From a bacterium (GTDB lineage Bacteria > UBA8248): a stretch of DNA of 64,000 bases. How positions within the stretch are numbered: position 1 is the stretch's first letter; the number at the start of each line of letters is the position of its first letter. The notes beneath the pieces were generated by a model, which searched no databases, was not told the DNA's origin, and was given only the letters and a program-made list of their open reading frames with translations. The translations under genes were made by a program, and so were the position numbers. The DNA lies in the NCBI GenBank assembly GCA_963692865.2, contig OY843592.1:224001-288000 (forward strand), read 5' to 3'. Shown here piece after piece: positions 1 to 9,138 of this stretch.

Positions 1-679
1 CATTCATCTCTGGTTTAGTTCCACATCGCCTCTTCACCTCTCTAGCAAGAAAATTATAAAGAGTAGTATTCGAGGTCTCTACCAGTTTTTGCCATACGAT
101 CGGTATATTCTCACGTGCCTCCTTGATACTTATGTTCTTGTTATATTGTTTCTTTGCGTTATTTTCAGCAGTTTTTTTAGTAACGATACGATCCTTCCGA
201 AGATATGCGCTTAGGTTAGAGGCATATTCTTTGATTTTCTCCCTTTCATTGTTCTCCAGTTTCATCTGACTGAGCAGCCGATCAGTATGAGTATCTTTTC
301 GCCTGCCTATTTTGTCGCCAGCATAAAATGTCCACGTTTCTCCATCCGTCAAAACAAGGAACAGAACTTTTTCATTCGCGGCATACTCAAACAATTGCTC
401 TTCTGCCTTTTGGTCGGCTTTGCCAATTTTTTTGGCTTCGATGAAAACTTCCGCAGCTTGGTAGCTACTTTTCAGCGCGTAGTCCACGCTGGGATTCTTC
501 CCCTGCTTTTCTGTATTGCGTTTCGCGACGTACTCCTTTTCTACGTCATTCTTATTGTGAATATCCCAACCTAACTTGCTCAAAATCGATTCTATAATCT
601 GTTTGCTGTCTTCTTCGTCTTTCAAATTGTTTTCGCGGATACGATTGACCGCCGTTGTCAAGACCTCTTCCAGACTCAT
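1..679 (-). CDS. Type I restriction HsdR N-terminal-like (PD-(D/E)XK) nuclease domain protein, runs off the window start
   Basis: Hand translation from ATG 679 (RBS GAGGAGG upstream): MSLEEVLTTAVNRIRENNLKDEEDSKQIIESILSKLGWDIHNKNDVEKEY...VDYAL...VFIEAK...QLFEYA...LVLTDGETWTFY, the HSDR_N motif pattern. Open to position 1, so absent from the ORF track. Confidence 0.75.
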   Translation of the reverse strand, partial: MSLEEVLTTAVNRIRENNLKDEEDSKQIIESILSKLGWDIHNKNDVEKEYVAKRNTEKQGKNPSVDYALKSSYQAAEVFIEAKKIGKADQKAEEQLFEYAANEKVLFLVLTDGETWTFYAGDKIGRRKDTHTDRLLSQMKLENNEREKIKEYASNLSAYLRKDRIVTKKTAENNAKKQYNKNISIKEARENIPIVWQKLVETSNTTLYNFLAREVKRRCGTKPEMN

Positions 680-1041
680 TCTGCCAGACGCCTCCTCAAC
701 AAAAAATCGTGTCTATCTCAATACAAGTAAGGGACGCATGTATGTCAGTCGCAACCCCGGAGAAGAGTCGCCACCTACCAATGACACTTTTGCTCTACTT
801 GCTAGTTCCTACTCGTCTTGGTACTGCTGGCAACTCTGATTGTAGCAAGTCAAGAGGTGGCCGCAAACCACAACTGAGGGTGACAAGGTAAACATCACGC
901 AGGGATTGTTGCTGATCGATCCCTACGCGCAATCTACTACGGTAACTTTCGGGTTAATGTTACAACTGGACTAAATGTTGTGCCCCCCCCCCGACAACTC
1001 GGAAATTCTGTTGCAAATAGCGAAAAGCAGAAATGTGTTGG

Positions 1042-1653
1042 TTATGGCGCGACTCCCACAAGCACCAGGGGAACCGCGGGAACACCGCGTCCTTGCCGCA
1101 AAACGTTCAGCAAATCACGCTCGTAGTAAGCGACGCCGGAGGACATCTCACGCTCCAGTTCCTTCATGGGGAGAATTTCTATTCCTACGTCAATGATGTC
1201 GGAAACAAAAAAACTGAGATGCTTCACGAAAAGGTCGTGCGCGACGAAGGCGTACTTGCCGAACTGAACCTCCACCGCAACGCGCTCTTTCACGAAATCC
1301 GTCTGGTTGTAAGACATGATAGGATCGTATCCCGCCTTTTCAATCGCGCGTTTTTGCTCATTTTCCGACAGTCCGTATATGCCGCGCATGAGCTTCTCAT
1401 CCGCCGTTAGCCAGAAAGTGCTTCGGCGCTCGCTCCAGCCCCGCGCTGTGAGGCCATCCTTGAATGCTCGGTTCATGTCGGCGGGCGAGAACAACATCTT
1501 CCCGGGCATGGTCTTTTCTCTGGAAATCTTGGTCCGGCAAGCCATCGCGTCAACTTCCGCGATGACATCCTTTACTTCATCCCACAACTGTTTGCGATGG
1601 ACGAGCAGGTATTCCTCGCCGTTCAGATGTGAATATTTGGCTTCAATGCGCAC
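1042..1653 (-). CDS. BglII/BstYI-family type II restriction endonuclease
   Basis: NQTDFVKERVAVEVQFGKYAFVAHDL (D-x-E-x-Q catalytic motif). Translationally coupled to the upstream methyltransferase (TAATG). Confidence 0.85.
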   Translation of the reverse strand: MRIEAKYSHLNGEEYLLVHRKQLWDEVKDVIAEVDAMACRTKISREKTMPGKMLFSPADMNRAFKDGLTARGWSERRSTFWLTADEKLMRGIYGLSENEQKRAIEKAGYDPIMSYNQTDFVKERVAVEVQFGKYAFVAHDLFVKHLSFFVSDIIDVGIEILPMKELEREMSSGVAYYERDLLNVLRQGRGVPAVPLVLVGVAP

Positions 1654-2567
1654 TAATGCCCACCATTGGGTTTCGCTGGATCGTAGATAGGCTTTCCCAT
1701 TGGGCGCGTTTTAAGGGTTCCCGCATAAAAGCGACGCACTCGGTCCAGCGCGATGTCCACGTATTCGGAAACAACGTCACAGCCATAGGCCGTTCTCCCG
1801 TGCATGAGCGCTGCGATGACGGAGGAACCAACTCCCATATAAGGGTCGAAAACGGCGTCGCCCTCGTCCGTCATGGAGAGAACGAGGCGTTCCACGAGTT
1901 CAACGGGGAACTGGCAGGGATGAATCGTTTTTTCCGGATGATTGCTCTTCACGTTCGGGAATACCCACACGTCGCTCGGGTTCTTTCCCTTTGGATTCCC
2001 CGAGAGTTTGCCGATGTTCGGCCCCTTGAAATGTTTTTTGCCGGGATATTTCGCTGGAACCCGTATTGGGTCGAGGTGCCAGGTGTAATCATCACCCTTT
2101 GTCCACCAGTTGATGGTTTCGTATCTGCCCGAGAGCCGCTTGGTGCAGTGAAGCCCGTGGCCGAAACTCCAAACGATTCGGTTGCGTAGTTTAAGACCCT
2201 GTTCCCGAAAGAGAGGATAGAGAATTGCGTCTAGCGGAATAATCTCTCCATTTTCCACATAATTACCAACCTGCCAGCAGATGGAGCCATTGGGATGCAG
2301 GAGCCGCATACACTCGCGTATCACACTTTCCTGCGCTTCGACGTAATCATCGAGCGGGGTTCTCGATTCGTATTCCTTGCCTAGGTTATAAGGAGGCGAG
2401 GTAACGATGAGCTTCATGCTCTCATCGGGAAGCTCGCTCATGAAATCGAGGTTGTCAGCGCAAGCGAGAATGGATTGACTTTTTGGTTTTTCCTGCTCCA
2501 ATCGAGGGAGCAATATCTGCGCCGGTTGCCGCGATGCGCCATCAAGATACGAAGCGGCGTTGTTCAT
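1653..2567 (-). CDS. Site-specific N4-cytosine/N6-adenine DNA methyltransferase (beta class)
   Basis: VTSPPYN catalytic motif, HPCQFP, and VFDPYMGVGSS SAM-binding motif. Confidence 0.92.
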   Translation of the reverse strand: MNNAASYLDGASRQPAQILLPRLEQEKPKSQSILACADNLDFMSELPDESMKLIVTSPPYNLGKEYESRTPLDDYVEAQESVIRECMRLLHPNGSICWQVGNYVENGEIIPLDAILYPLFREQGLKLRNRIVWSFGHGLHCTKRLSGRYETINWWTKGDDYTWHLDPIRVPAKYPGKKHFKGPNIGKLSGNPKGKNPSDVWVFPNVKSNHPEKTIHPCQFPVELVERLVLSMTDEGDAVFDPYMGVGSSVIAALMHGRTAYGCDVVSEYVDIALDRVRRFYAGTLKTRPMGKPIYDPAKPNGGH

Positions 2568-2616
2568 CCAGTTTCCTCAAAGGGCGGAAAAACACCAACC
2601 GGCTGGGAAACTCAAT

Positions 2617-3040
2617 TTATAACTTACCTTGGTTAGCCAAAGCAACAAAGTTTTCCAAGTCCATTAGCGTGACTAAATTTGCATGTACTATATGACGATT
2701 CAGGCCACCTCCTAAATAATAATCACGCAAACTCCACCCAGCACCACCAAGGACAAGGTAAGCCTTTATACCTGCTTCATTTTGTATTGCTTCGGCGAGA
2801 CATATCATCTCATAAGGAACCTTTTGTTCGGCTGTGCCGGAAACCTGTTGCCATTTGAGAGAGATCAGATATTTATTGCCACTATCATCTTTCGCCAACA
2901 CATCCAGGCGGTGGCGTTTTCCATTCGGTCTTTCGCCAATAAACACCTGTGTTTCATAATTGGTATCCTCCATTCGCCAGCGCAGGTAGGACCATCGCCT
3001 CCAAAACCCCACCCGTTCGCGTATCACGCACAGCACTCAC
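2617..3040 (-). pseudogene. PD-(D/E)XK nuclease superfamily gene with a +1 frameshift
   Basis: The GTG 3040 frame gives MSAVRDTRTGGVLEAMVLPALANGGYQL*. The downstream frame gives NYETQVFIGER...LDVL...ISLKWQQVSGTAEQKVPYE. Removing one base near 2962 joins the two. Confidence 0.65.
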
Positions 3041-3264
3041 GTCTCCATTCCTTTCACTGCTAAAACCTCTCGCGCCGGGGAGCGGTCACCAGTGCAGCTG
3101 ATCCGGCGCGGCCCCATGATTAGGATGTATCATTGATAGACTGCAGTTTTCATGCTATCAACGGCGAGTTGGATACAGAAAAATATGTTGTAAGGATGAA
3201 CTGCGTTACGCTATAGAAATTTGGTGGCGTCGAAAATTTGTATGGCCAGTATTTTGTATAAGAT

Positions 3265-3325
3265 AGCTAACCAGTCACTCCAGCCGACGCTGCTGACGCG
3301 GCGCGGCTGAGCTTGGTCGTTAACC
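3265..3325 (+). mobile_element. Integron attC recombination site (61 bp)
   Basis: R'' AGCTAAC ... L'' CTC(C)AGCCG(A)CGC / GCG-CGGCTGAG L' ... R' GTTAACC. Imperfect hairpin with the two extrahelical bases typical of attC, followed by a gene 15 bp downstream. Confidence 0.85.
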
Positions 3326-3340
3326 GCTCGGGAAACTACC

Positions 3341-3889
3341 ATGAAGCCATTACCCACTAACTACAAAGACTGCACCTTCCGTTCCAGGACTGAGGCTAGA
3401 TGGGCTGTCTTCTTCACTCACATGGACTGGAAGTGGAAGTACGAGGACCAAGGGTATGAGTTGGAGTCTGGTGGATATTACCTACCGGATTTCGAGATTC
3501 TTCTGCCCAATCTAGAGGAGTGGTACGTAGAAGTTAAGCCAGACAACTTCGACAAGTTCGATGAAGATGAGTATATGGCCAAACTGCAACGCTTCACATC
3601 TGAGGCCGAGAAGGATCTCTTAATTCTGGATGGCAATCCCTCGTGCAAACCTTTTGACATCGTCTGTCATCGATTAGAGGGACAATCCCTAGGATTGGCA
3701 TTTCTGCAAGACTACGAGCCATATGTCAGGTGGATTGATGAATATTGGATGGGGTACATCAGTCTTGACGAGAGAACGGGTAGACACTTCACAGAGCATG
3801 CCGATAACGAGCGTATGCAGAGGAAATCGTTTGGGCGACAGTATGTTGAGTCATTGAAGGCCGCCATGAATGAGAAGTTTGGCATCTGA
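3341..3889 (+). CDS. PD-(D/E)XK-type nuclease, probable integron cassette gene
   Basis: FRSRTEARWAVFF...YE.QGYEL...YLPDF...VEVKP pattern. Low GC; starts just after the attC. Confidence 0.7.
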   Translation: MKPLPTNYKDCTFRSRTEARWAVFFTHMDWKWKYEDQGYELESGGYYLPDFEILLPNLEEWYVEVKPDNFDKFDEDEYMAKLQRFTSEAEKDLLILDGNPSCKPFDIVCHRLEGQSLGLAFLQDYEPYVRWIDEYWMGYISLDERTGRHFTEHADNERMQRKSFGRQYVESLKAAMNEKFGI

Positions 3890-4189
3890 GTACCGCAACC
3901 TGACTAACAAATTGGTGCAGCGCTTAACCGACAGGGACACTCGGGAATGCGCAAGAGTTGTAATCCGCCCGCTTCCGATTTGATTACTTCTTTCAAAAAC
4001 CGAATTCCGATCAAGATCAGGAACCACACATATTTCTCAACAATATCAACACAACTGGGGAAATCCCCGCCTGTCGGAAACAACCTACCGTCTGAAAACG
4101 GGCGGATGATGAGTTTGACGCGTACATATAACCTCCAGACGACCTGGCAGCGCAGATAGAGCCCATCCTGACCGGCTATCCATACAGTT

Positions 4190-4549
4190 CGCCAAAGTAT
4201 GCGAAATACCCTAGGGCCGCCAAGCATCTGGCGAGGGACCACGAAGAATTGCTCGCCTTCTACGACTTCCCGGCGGCGCACTGGGGGAGACTTCGGGCGA
4301 CGAACCCCATCGAGTCGACCTTCGCCACGATCCGGTTTCGAACGATGAAGACCAGGAACTGCCTGAGTGAGAAGACGGTGCTGAGTCTGGTGCACCAACT
4401 CGCCATGAGCGCCGAGAAGCGATGGCGCCGCCTACGGAGCTTCCGTCATCTGGCCGACGTGAGGTTCACCGATTGGGTGGACATAAAAGAAACGAGCGGG
4501 AGGGTCGCTGGATTCGGGACGACCATACACAACATTTGGCCGTAACTCC
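4190..4549 (+). mobile_element. IS256-family transposase 3' remnant with probable right end
   Basis: KYPRAAKHLARDHEELLAFYDFPAAHWGRLRATNPIESTFATIRFRT...AEKRWRRL is the IS256 C-terminal signature. It ends with ATACACAACATTTGGCCGTAACTC; the left boundary is approximate. Confidence 0.8.
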
Positions 4550-4792
4550 GTGGCCATTGGTGCTGGCCAGATCGTGAGCCTCGTCGGCGACGCCTGTGAT
4601 GATGGCGACCACGCATGCCGAGTGTTCGACGCCCTTCTTCATTGCCGCCATGGACCTGTTGGCCATCTTGGTATCCAACCACACCGTATACCCTTGCTCT
4701 CTGAGGGACCTATACAACGCCTCCGCCATCGTTGCGCCCTGCGAACTGCGGTGCGTATAGCTCAAGAAGACATCCCACCCGAGAGAGATCAT
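4550..4792 (-). pseudogene. TIR-domain protein truncated by the IS256 relic
   Basis: WDVFLSYTHR...LREQGYTVWLD...MKKGVEHSACVVAIITG (TIR_2 N-terminal half) with RBS AAGGAG. The frame then runs into the IS end. Confidence 0.7.
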
Positions 4793-4881
4793 GCTCGTCT
4801 CCTTTGAGTACCACGTATTTATGCTAATGCAGTCAGTCCCTTACTAGCGCAACAACAGCATCCTCTGTGCTATCATAGAAA

Positions 4882-6594
4882 CTAATCACTCTCGCGTTTC
4901 TGTTTCAGGCGCTGATCAGGAACGGAACAACCATTTCGGATATTAAAGTCTTTAAGAAAGTCCAACACCTCTCTATAATGCACGGCGATCCCGATACCTT
5001 CCAGCGCCCTCGGTCCACTAGGCGTCAACAACTCCCATGGTGAGAAGGTGTTGACACCAATCACTTCACCACTCTCCAGAATCAATGGGCCACCGGAATT
5101 GCCTAGATTGAGTGCCGCATCCGTTTGAATCGCGAGTACTTGCCTGGCGCGCCCGAATTCCTGTCCGAATTTCTTTTTCCCGCTTGAGCGAATACCCCTT
5201 GTAATAGAATATATGCCCACACTACTTACGAGACCTCCCGCAACACTGTACGAAAAATAAGGCCCCGGGTGCCCTATCGCAAGAACTGGCATCCCCAGGG
5301 CTAAGGTGCCACAAAATAATGAGCGTGGCTTTATTCCTACTGGCCCTCCCACCACTCGTATCAAGGCCAAATCACGTCGTTTATCGGAACCAACCACTAA
5401 GCCCCGATGAGGAGGCGATGAACGCAAGTGAGGTTTCAAAGGGTTCCACATGCATTGGATAAACCTACTAATGGTGCCTGCATTTTCACACCGAGCTCCC
5501 GGCATGGATATATTGACAAACGCTTCCGTATTGTCTCCTCCCTTCCCACATTTTTTATCGCGCTCCCTGAGATCCTGAACGACGTGCCAATTAGTCAATA
5601 CGTGCGTTTTGTCAACAAAAAATCCGGTCCCCGTCCCGCAAGAACTTGTGACCCGCACTACGCCTTCGATAATGGAGCGCTCTATGTCGCCCTTATCCCC
5701 CTGAAAGTCAGACATCCAAAGATCACCTGCGGCAGCGAGTAACTTGGTCGCGAATTTCATCTCCGCTACGTAATCAGCATACTCGCCAAAAGTCTTAAAA
5801 GTCTTCTTTTCCTTTATGCCAGTGCCGCTCAGAATGGATTTCAATAAATCGACTCTTCTCAGATAAATTTCCTTAGGATTAGAATTTTTCCCAAAAGATA
5901 TGCAATTGCTCTTGCTATCGATTGGGTACTTGCCCTCAAGGTATGAGAAGGTCCTGAAATCGAGAATTGTATAAATTACGTTCACTTCCTGGCGAATTCT
6001 ATATTTGGCCGATCTCTCGTCCACTAAACCCTTCCCACAAATACGACGCTTTACCCGAGCTGAAGCTATATCCAACAGAACAACGACATCATGAGCACCC
6101 TTCAGTTTTTCTATGCGTTCGACGAAACGATTTATCCACTTATTGTAATTATTACGCGCAAGTATCCTATCCAGAGGTTCTGAAAAGAATTTATCTTCAC
6201 TAGATTCATCTGATGGGTGTCCCTCGACGCCCACAGGAAATTCTCCCTGCCTGAGAAAATCTTTCGACACAATAATCTTCAGGAATCTGTCGTGTATTCT
6301 CCCGAAACGCTCTATGCCTGATAAAGCGGCGCCTAATCTCGCCTCAGTTTGATTTTTCCCATCTTTCAGGAGTTGACGTTCGGTGACCTTGAAATACAAG
6401 CGACGTAAATCTTGACGGCTGGCGGGCGGAAGCGAATCCCAATGGAGAGCGATTATTTTCTCCAGGCGCTTCAGCGACACTTGCGACGGATTGGAAGAAA
6501 GGACGCCTTGGATATCCGGGCTGATGCAACCGGACATCACAGTGGCTGCCGCAAAGGCGAGCAGAACGAGTTTACGGGCATGCAAACGCATCAT
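4882..6594 (-). CDS. Lipoprotein with C-terminal trypsin-like (S1C) serine protease domain
   Basis: Lipobox VMSGC; triad motifs TNWHVV, DLAL, GNSGGPL; RBS GGAGG upstream of ATG 6594. Confidence 0.8.
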   Translation of the reverse strand: MMRLHARKLVLLAFAAATVMSGCISPDIQGVLSSNPSQVSLKRLEKIIALHWDSLPPASRQDLRRLYFKVTERQLLKDGKNQTEARLGAALSGIERFGRIHDRFLKIIVSKDFLRQGEFPVGVEGHPSDESSEDKFFSEPLDRILARNNYNKWINRFVERIEKLKGAHDVVVLLDIASARVKRRICGKGLVDERSAKYRIRQEVNVIYTILDFRTFSYLEGKYPIDSKSNCISFGKNSNPKEIYLRRVDLLKSILSGTGIKEKKTFKTFGEYADYVAEMKFATKLLAAAGDLWMSDFQGDKGDIERSIIEGVVRVTSSCGTGTGFFVDKTHVLTNWHVVQDLRERDKKCGKGGDNTEAFVNISMPGARCENAGTISRFIQCMWNPLKPHLRSSPPHRGLVVGSDKRRDLALIRVVGGPVGIKPRSLFCGTLALGMPVLAIGHPGPYFSYSVAGGLVSSVGIYSITRGIRSSGKKKFGQEFGRARQVLAIQTDAALNLGNSGGPLILESGEVIGVNTFSPWELLTPSGPRALEGIGIAVHYREVLDFLKDFNIRNGCSVPDQRLKQKRESD

Positions 6595-6988
6595 CTCGAC
6601 ATCCTCCGAGGTTTTTTGGTTTTCGTTGTAATTGACAAAACTGCTTTTCCGGATATCGCACTCATTTGATTCTCTTATTTGAAATTTGTTATTCCTCACA
6701 GAAATCGACGCACGATTTCAAAATAACGCAACAACACTTCCTATCGGACGCTACCGAAAACTGCGGTCAGATCGTGGCGTTCTAAAATTCCGAGTGCGCC
6801 TTGGTGCTGGTCGTCGATGAATTTCCCGGAAACGTATTCGGCATCTATTGCAATGGTATAGTCTAGATTACTGTCCCCCCAAGTTGCGCCGGTTCCCCGA
6901 GTACCTGGGGCCGCACCGGCGCCCCAGTGCTCAAGATCGGTGAAACTGGCAGTCCTCCTTCCGGGCCGTGCAGAAAGTTCTATCGCGT

Positions 6989-8776
6989 TCAGAAGCGCAG
7001 GGAGTATCCGGCGAAGATGTTTGATTCACTCTCACCCGCCGCCGGGAAACGGGCGCCCGCCGAGATGCTCACGGTCGCGTTCTCATCCACCGCAATGTCG
7101 GAGGATACGGACACGCGGTGGTCCCAGCCTCCTTTGGAAAGATCGACCTTGCCGAAGGGGATGCTGGCTTCCCCGCCGAGAAAACGATCGCCGCGGACGG
7201 CGGCGGAGAGGAATACCTTTTCGGTCAGGTCAAACCCCTTGCGGACCGTGAACCCCAAGGATTCACCCTCCGCATCCCGGACACCTGTTCCCCCGTTTGA
7301 GATCTGCTTTTCAAAACGAAGGAACGCATTCTTGTGTCCGGCGGAGAGCTCCGCATTGAGGACTTCTCCGTGTCCTTTGGAGAAACCGAAAAAGTCAGAC
7401 CTTTCCCCAACGGCGGCAAGCGCGAAGAAATCTCCCGCTTTCTGCAGACCGACCAAGGATAGCGATCCTGAATTGTTCGGCACGGCGTTTAAAGAAAAGC
7501 CGTTATCACTGCCGGTAAAGCCGGTTAGTTTGATGCGGGCGGACGCGGTTTCGTCATCTTTCTCAAACTGCGCGTATGCCACACTTGACAAACCCGGCAT
7601 GCCGAAAGGTGTTGCCTGACCCGCAGTTCCGCTGCTCACTTCGCGGGTGATGTATCCTGCGACACTTCCCCCGGAAGGAAGCGACACACTTCTTCCACCG
7701 ACAGTAACGGTCTGTCCGTTCACAATAACCGTCGTTGTTCCGCCTGTCGGAAGATTGGTCAGTGAACCGACCACGCTTCCCATGCAGGTGAAGTCGGCGA
7801 CACCGACGCCGCCTGACCTTGCAAGCAGTGTTTCAATCCCATTACCCGACTTTCTGGCGCACGCCTTGCCAAAACGAGCAAGATCCCGGTGATCCGTTTC
7901 CGGAAACACCGCAAGGACGGATGCCAGAGCCGAGGCAACCTGCGGAGTACTAAGACTTGTACCTGATCCGATACCGGGGAAGTCAAATTGCGCCCAGAGG
8001 CAGCCCTCACTCACTCCCGGCTCTCTACAGTGCCTAGATTGAGCGTGACGGACATAGTTGCCATTGACATCCTTATCCCACCCCGCAACGAGCAACAGAT
8101 TGTTCGCGGCAATTCCACGCTTAACCCTCTCATTCACATTCAAAACCAAATGAGTGTCAGAAAGGACTCCATAGTCTTGCCCGATACCCTGATTCCCAGC
8201 ACCTTGTACAACCAAGTACGACGGCAAGGTGCCCTTATCAACAACTCTCCCGCCGGTTATTGAATTAGAAACTGAGACGATCTTCAGGTTCGGCATAGCG
8301 TCAAGCTGATCATCTCCCCAATTCACCGAGGTGTGTGTGAAGAAGTGGTCCGTAATACTTGTGTATGGAGCTGAACCGATTGAGGTCGTTACCGCTCCGT
8401 ATTCGTTTCGATGTTTCCCATAGTAGGATTCAGGATTGTCGCATTGAATGGTGTAGGAATTGCAGGCAACCCGACGGACTATTTGCGTATGCCGGCTGTT
8501 TTCAACATTAGTCCTCTCCTCTATGGCGAACATATCCTTCATCCGGCTGTTTGAAACCTTGATCTGGTTAAGCGGAATCTGGTTGATGCCGGGGATTGCC
8601 GATCTGCCGCGAGCGGGACCCGGCGGAGGTTTTGGTGTCGGTGGTGGAATTACTGCGGGCGGGTTTGATCCGCCTCCACCTCCGCCTCCGCCACCACCGC
8701 ATGCGGTCAGGATCATCATCGCCGCCAGCGCGAGGGCGGGCGCCGCTCGCCGGGTCAGTCTCTTCATGCTCTTCAT
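6989..8776 (-). CDS. Lipoprotein with subtilisin-like (S8) domain and C-terminal beta-rich outer-membrane region
   Basis: LTAC-poly-G lipobox and Pro-rich linker; GAGN oxyanion motif; GTSLSTPQVA catalytic Ser motif; C-terminus YSLRF. Confidence 0.7.
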   Translation of the reverse strand: MKSMKRLTRRAAPALALAAMMILTACGGGGGGGGGGSNPPAVIPPPTPKPPPGPARGRSAIPGINQIPLNQIKVSNSRMKDMFAIEERTNVENSRHTQIVRRVACNSYTIQCDNPESYYGKHRNEYGAVTTSIGSAPYTSITDHFFTHTSVNWGDDQLDAMPNLKIVSVSNSITGGRVVDKGTLPSYLVVQGAGNQGIGQDYGVLSDTHLVLNVNERVKRGIAANNLLLVAGWDKDVNGNYVRHAQSRHCREPGVSEGCLWAQFDFPGIGSGTSLSTPQVASALASVLAVFPETDHRDLARFGKACARKSGNGIETLLARSGGVGVADFTCMGSVVGSLTNLPTGGTTTVIVNGQTVTVGGRSVSLPSGGSVAGYITREVSSGTAGQATPFGMPGLSSVAYAQFEKDDETASARIKLTGFTGSDNGFSLNAVPNNSGSLSLVGLQKAGDFFALAAVGERSDFFGFSKGHGEVLNAELSAGHKNAFLRFEKQISNGGTGVRDAEGESLGFTVRKGFDLTEKVFLSAAVRGDRFLGGEASIPFGKVDLSKGGWDHRVSVSSDIAVDENATVSISAGARFPAAGESESNIFAGYSLRF

Positions 8777-9138
8777 GGGGATGCCTCCCTTTCAGCGGTC
8801 CGCCGTGAAGGCGGGCGTGTCCCTTCCCCTCGGCGGTCGGATCACGGAACCGGAGGGGGTTTTGCGGCGCGCTTCTTCACGGGCTCGAGTCCTCTCCGCC
8901 GTCGCGTCCCGCCACGCGGACCCGGGGCCTTTCCCGGTCCGTTCCGGGTGAGACTGCATTTTATTTTACCCGAAGCTGCCCGGACAACGGGCTTTTATGA
9001 TTTCAGGGTGATTTTCAGGGCAGATACGGTGTTTATTTCGTGACTTCTGTGATATTCTTGCCGAATACCCTGCGCCGGTACCGGAACCGGCGCGCAACGC
9101 CACCCGCATATCCCCCCGGAGGGGGGGAGGACGCGACA

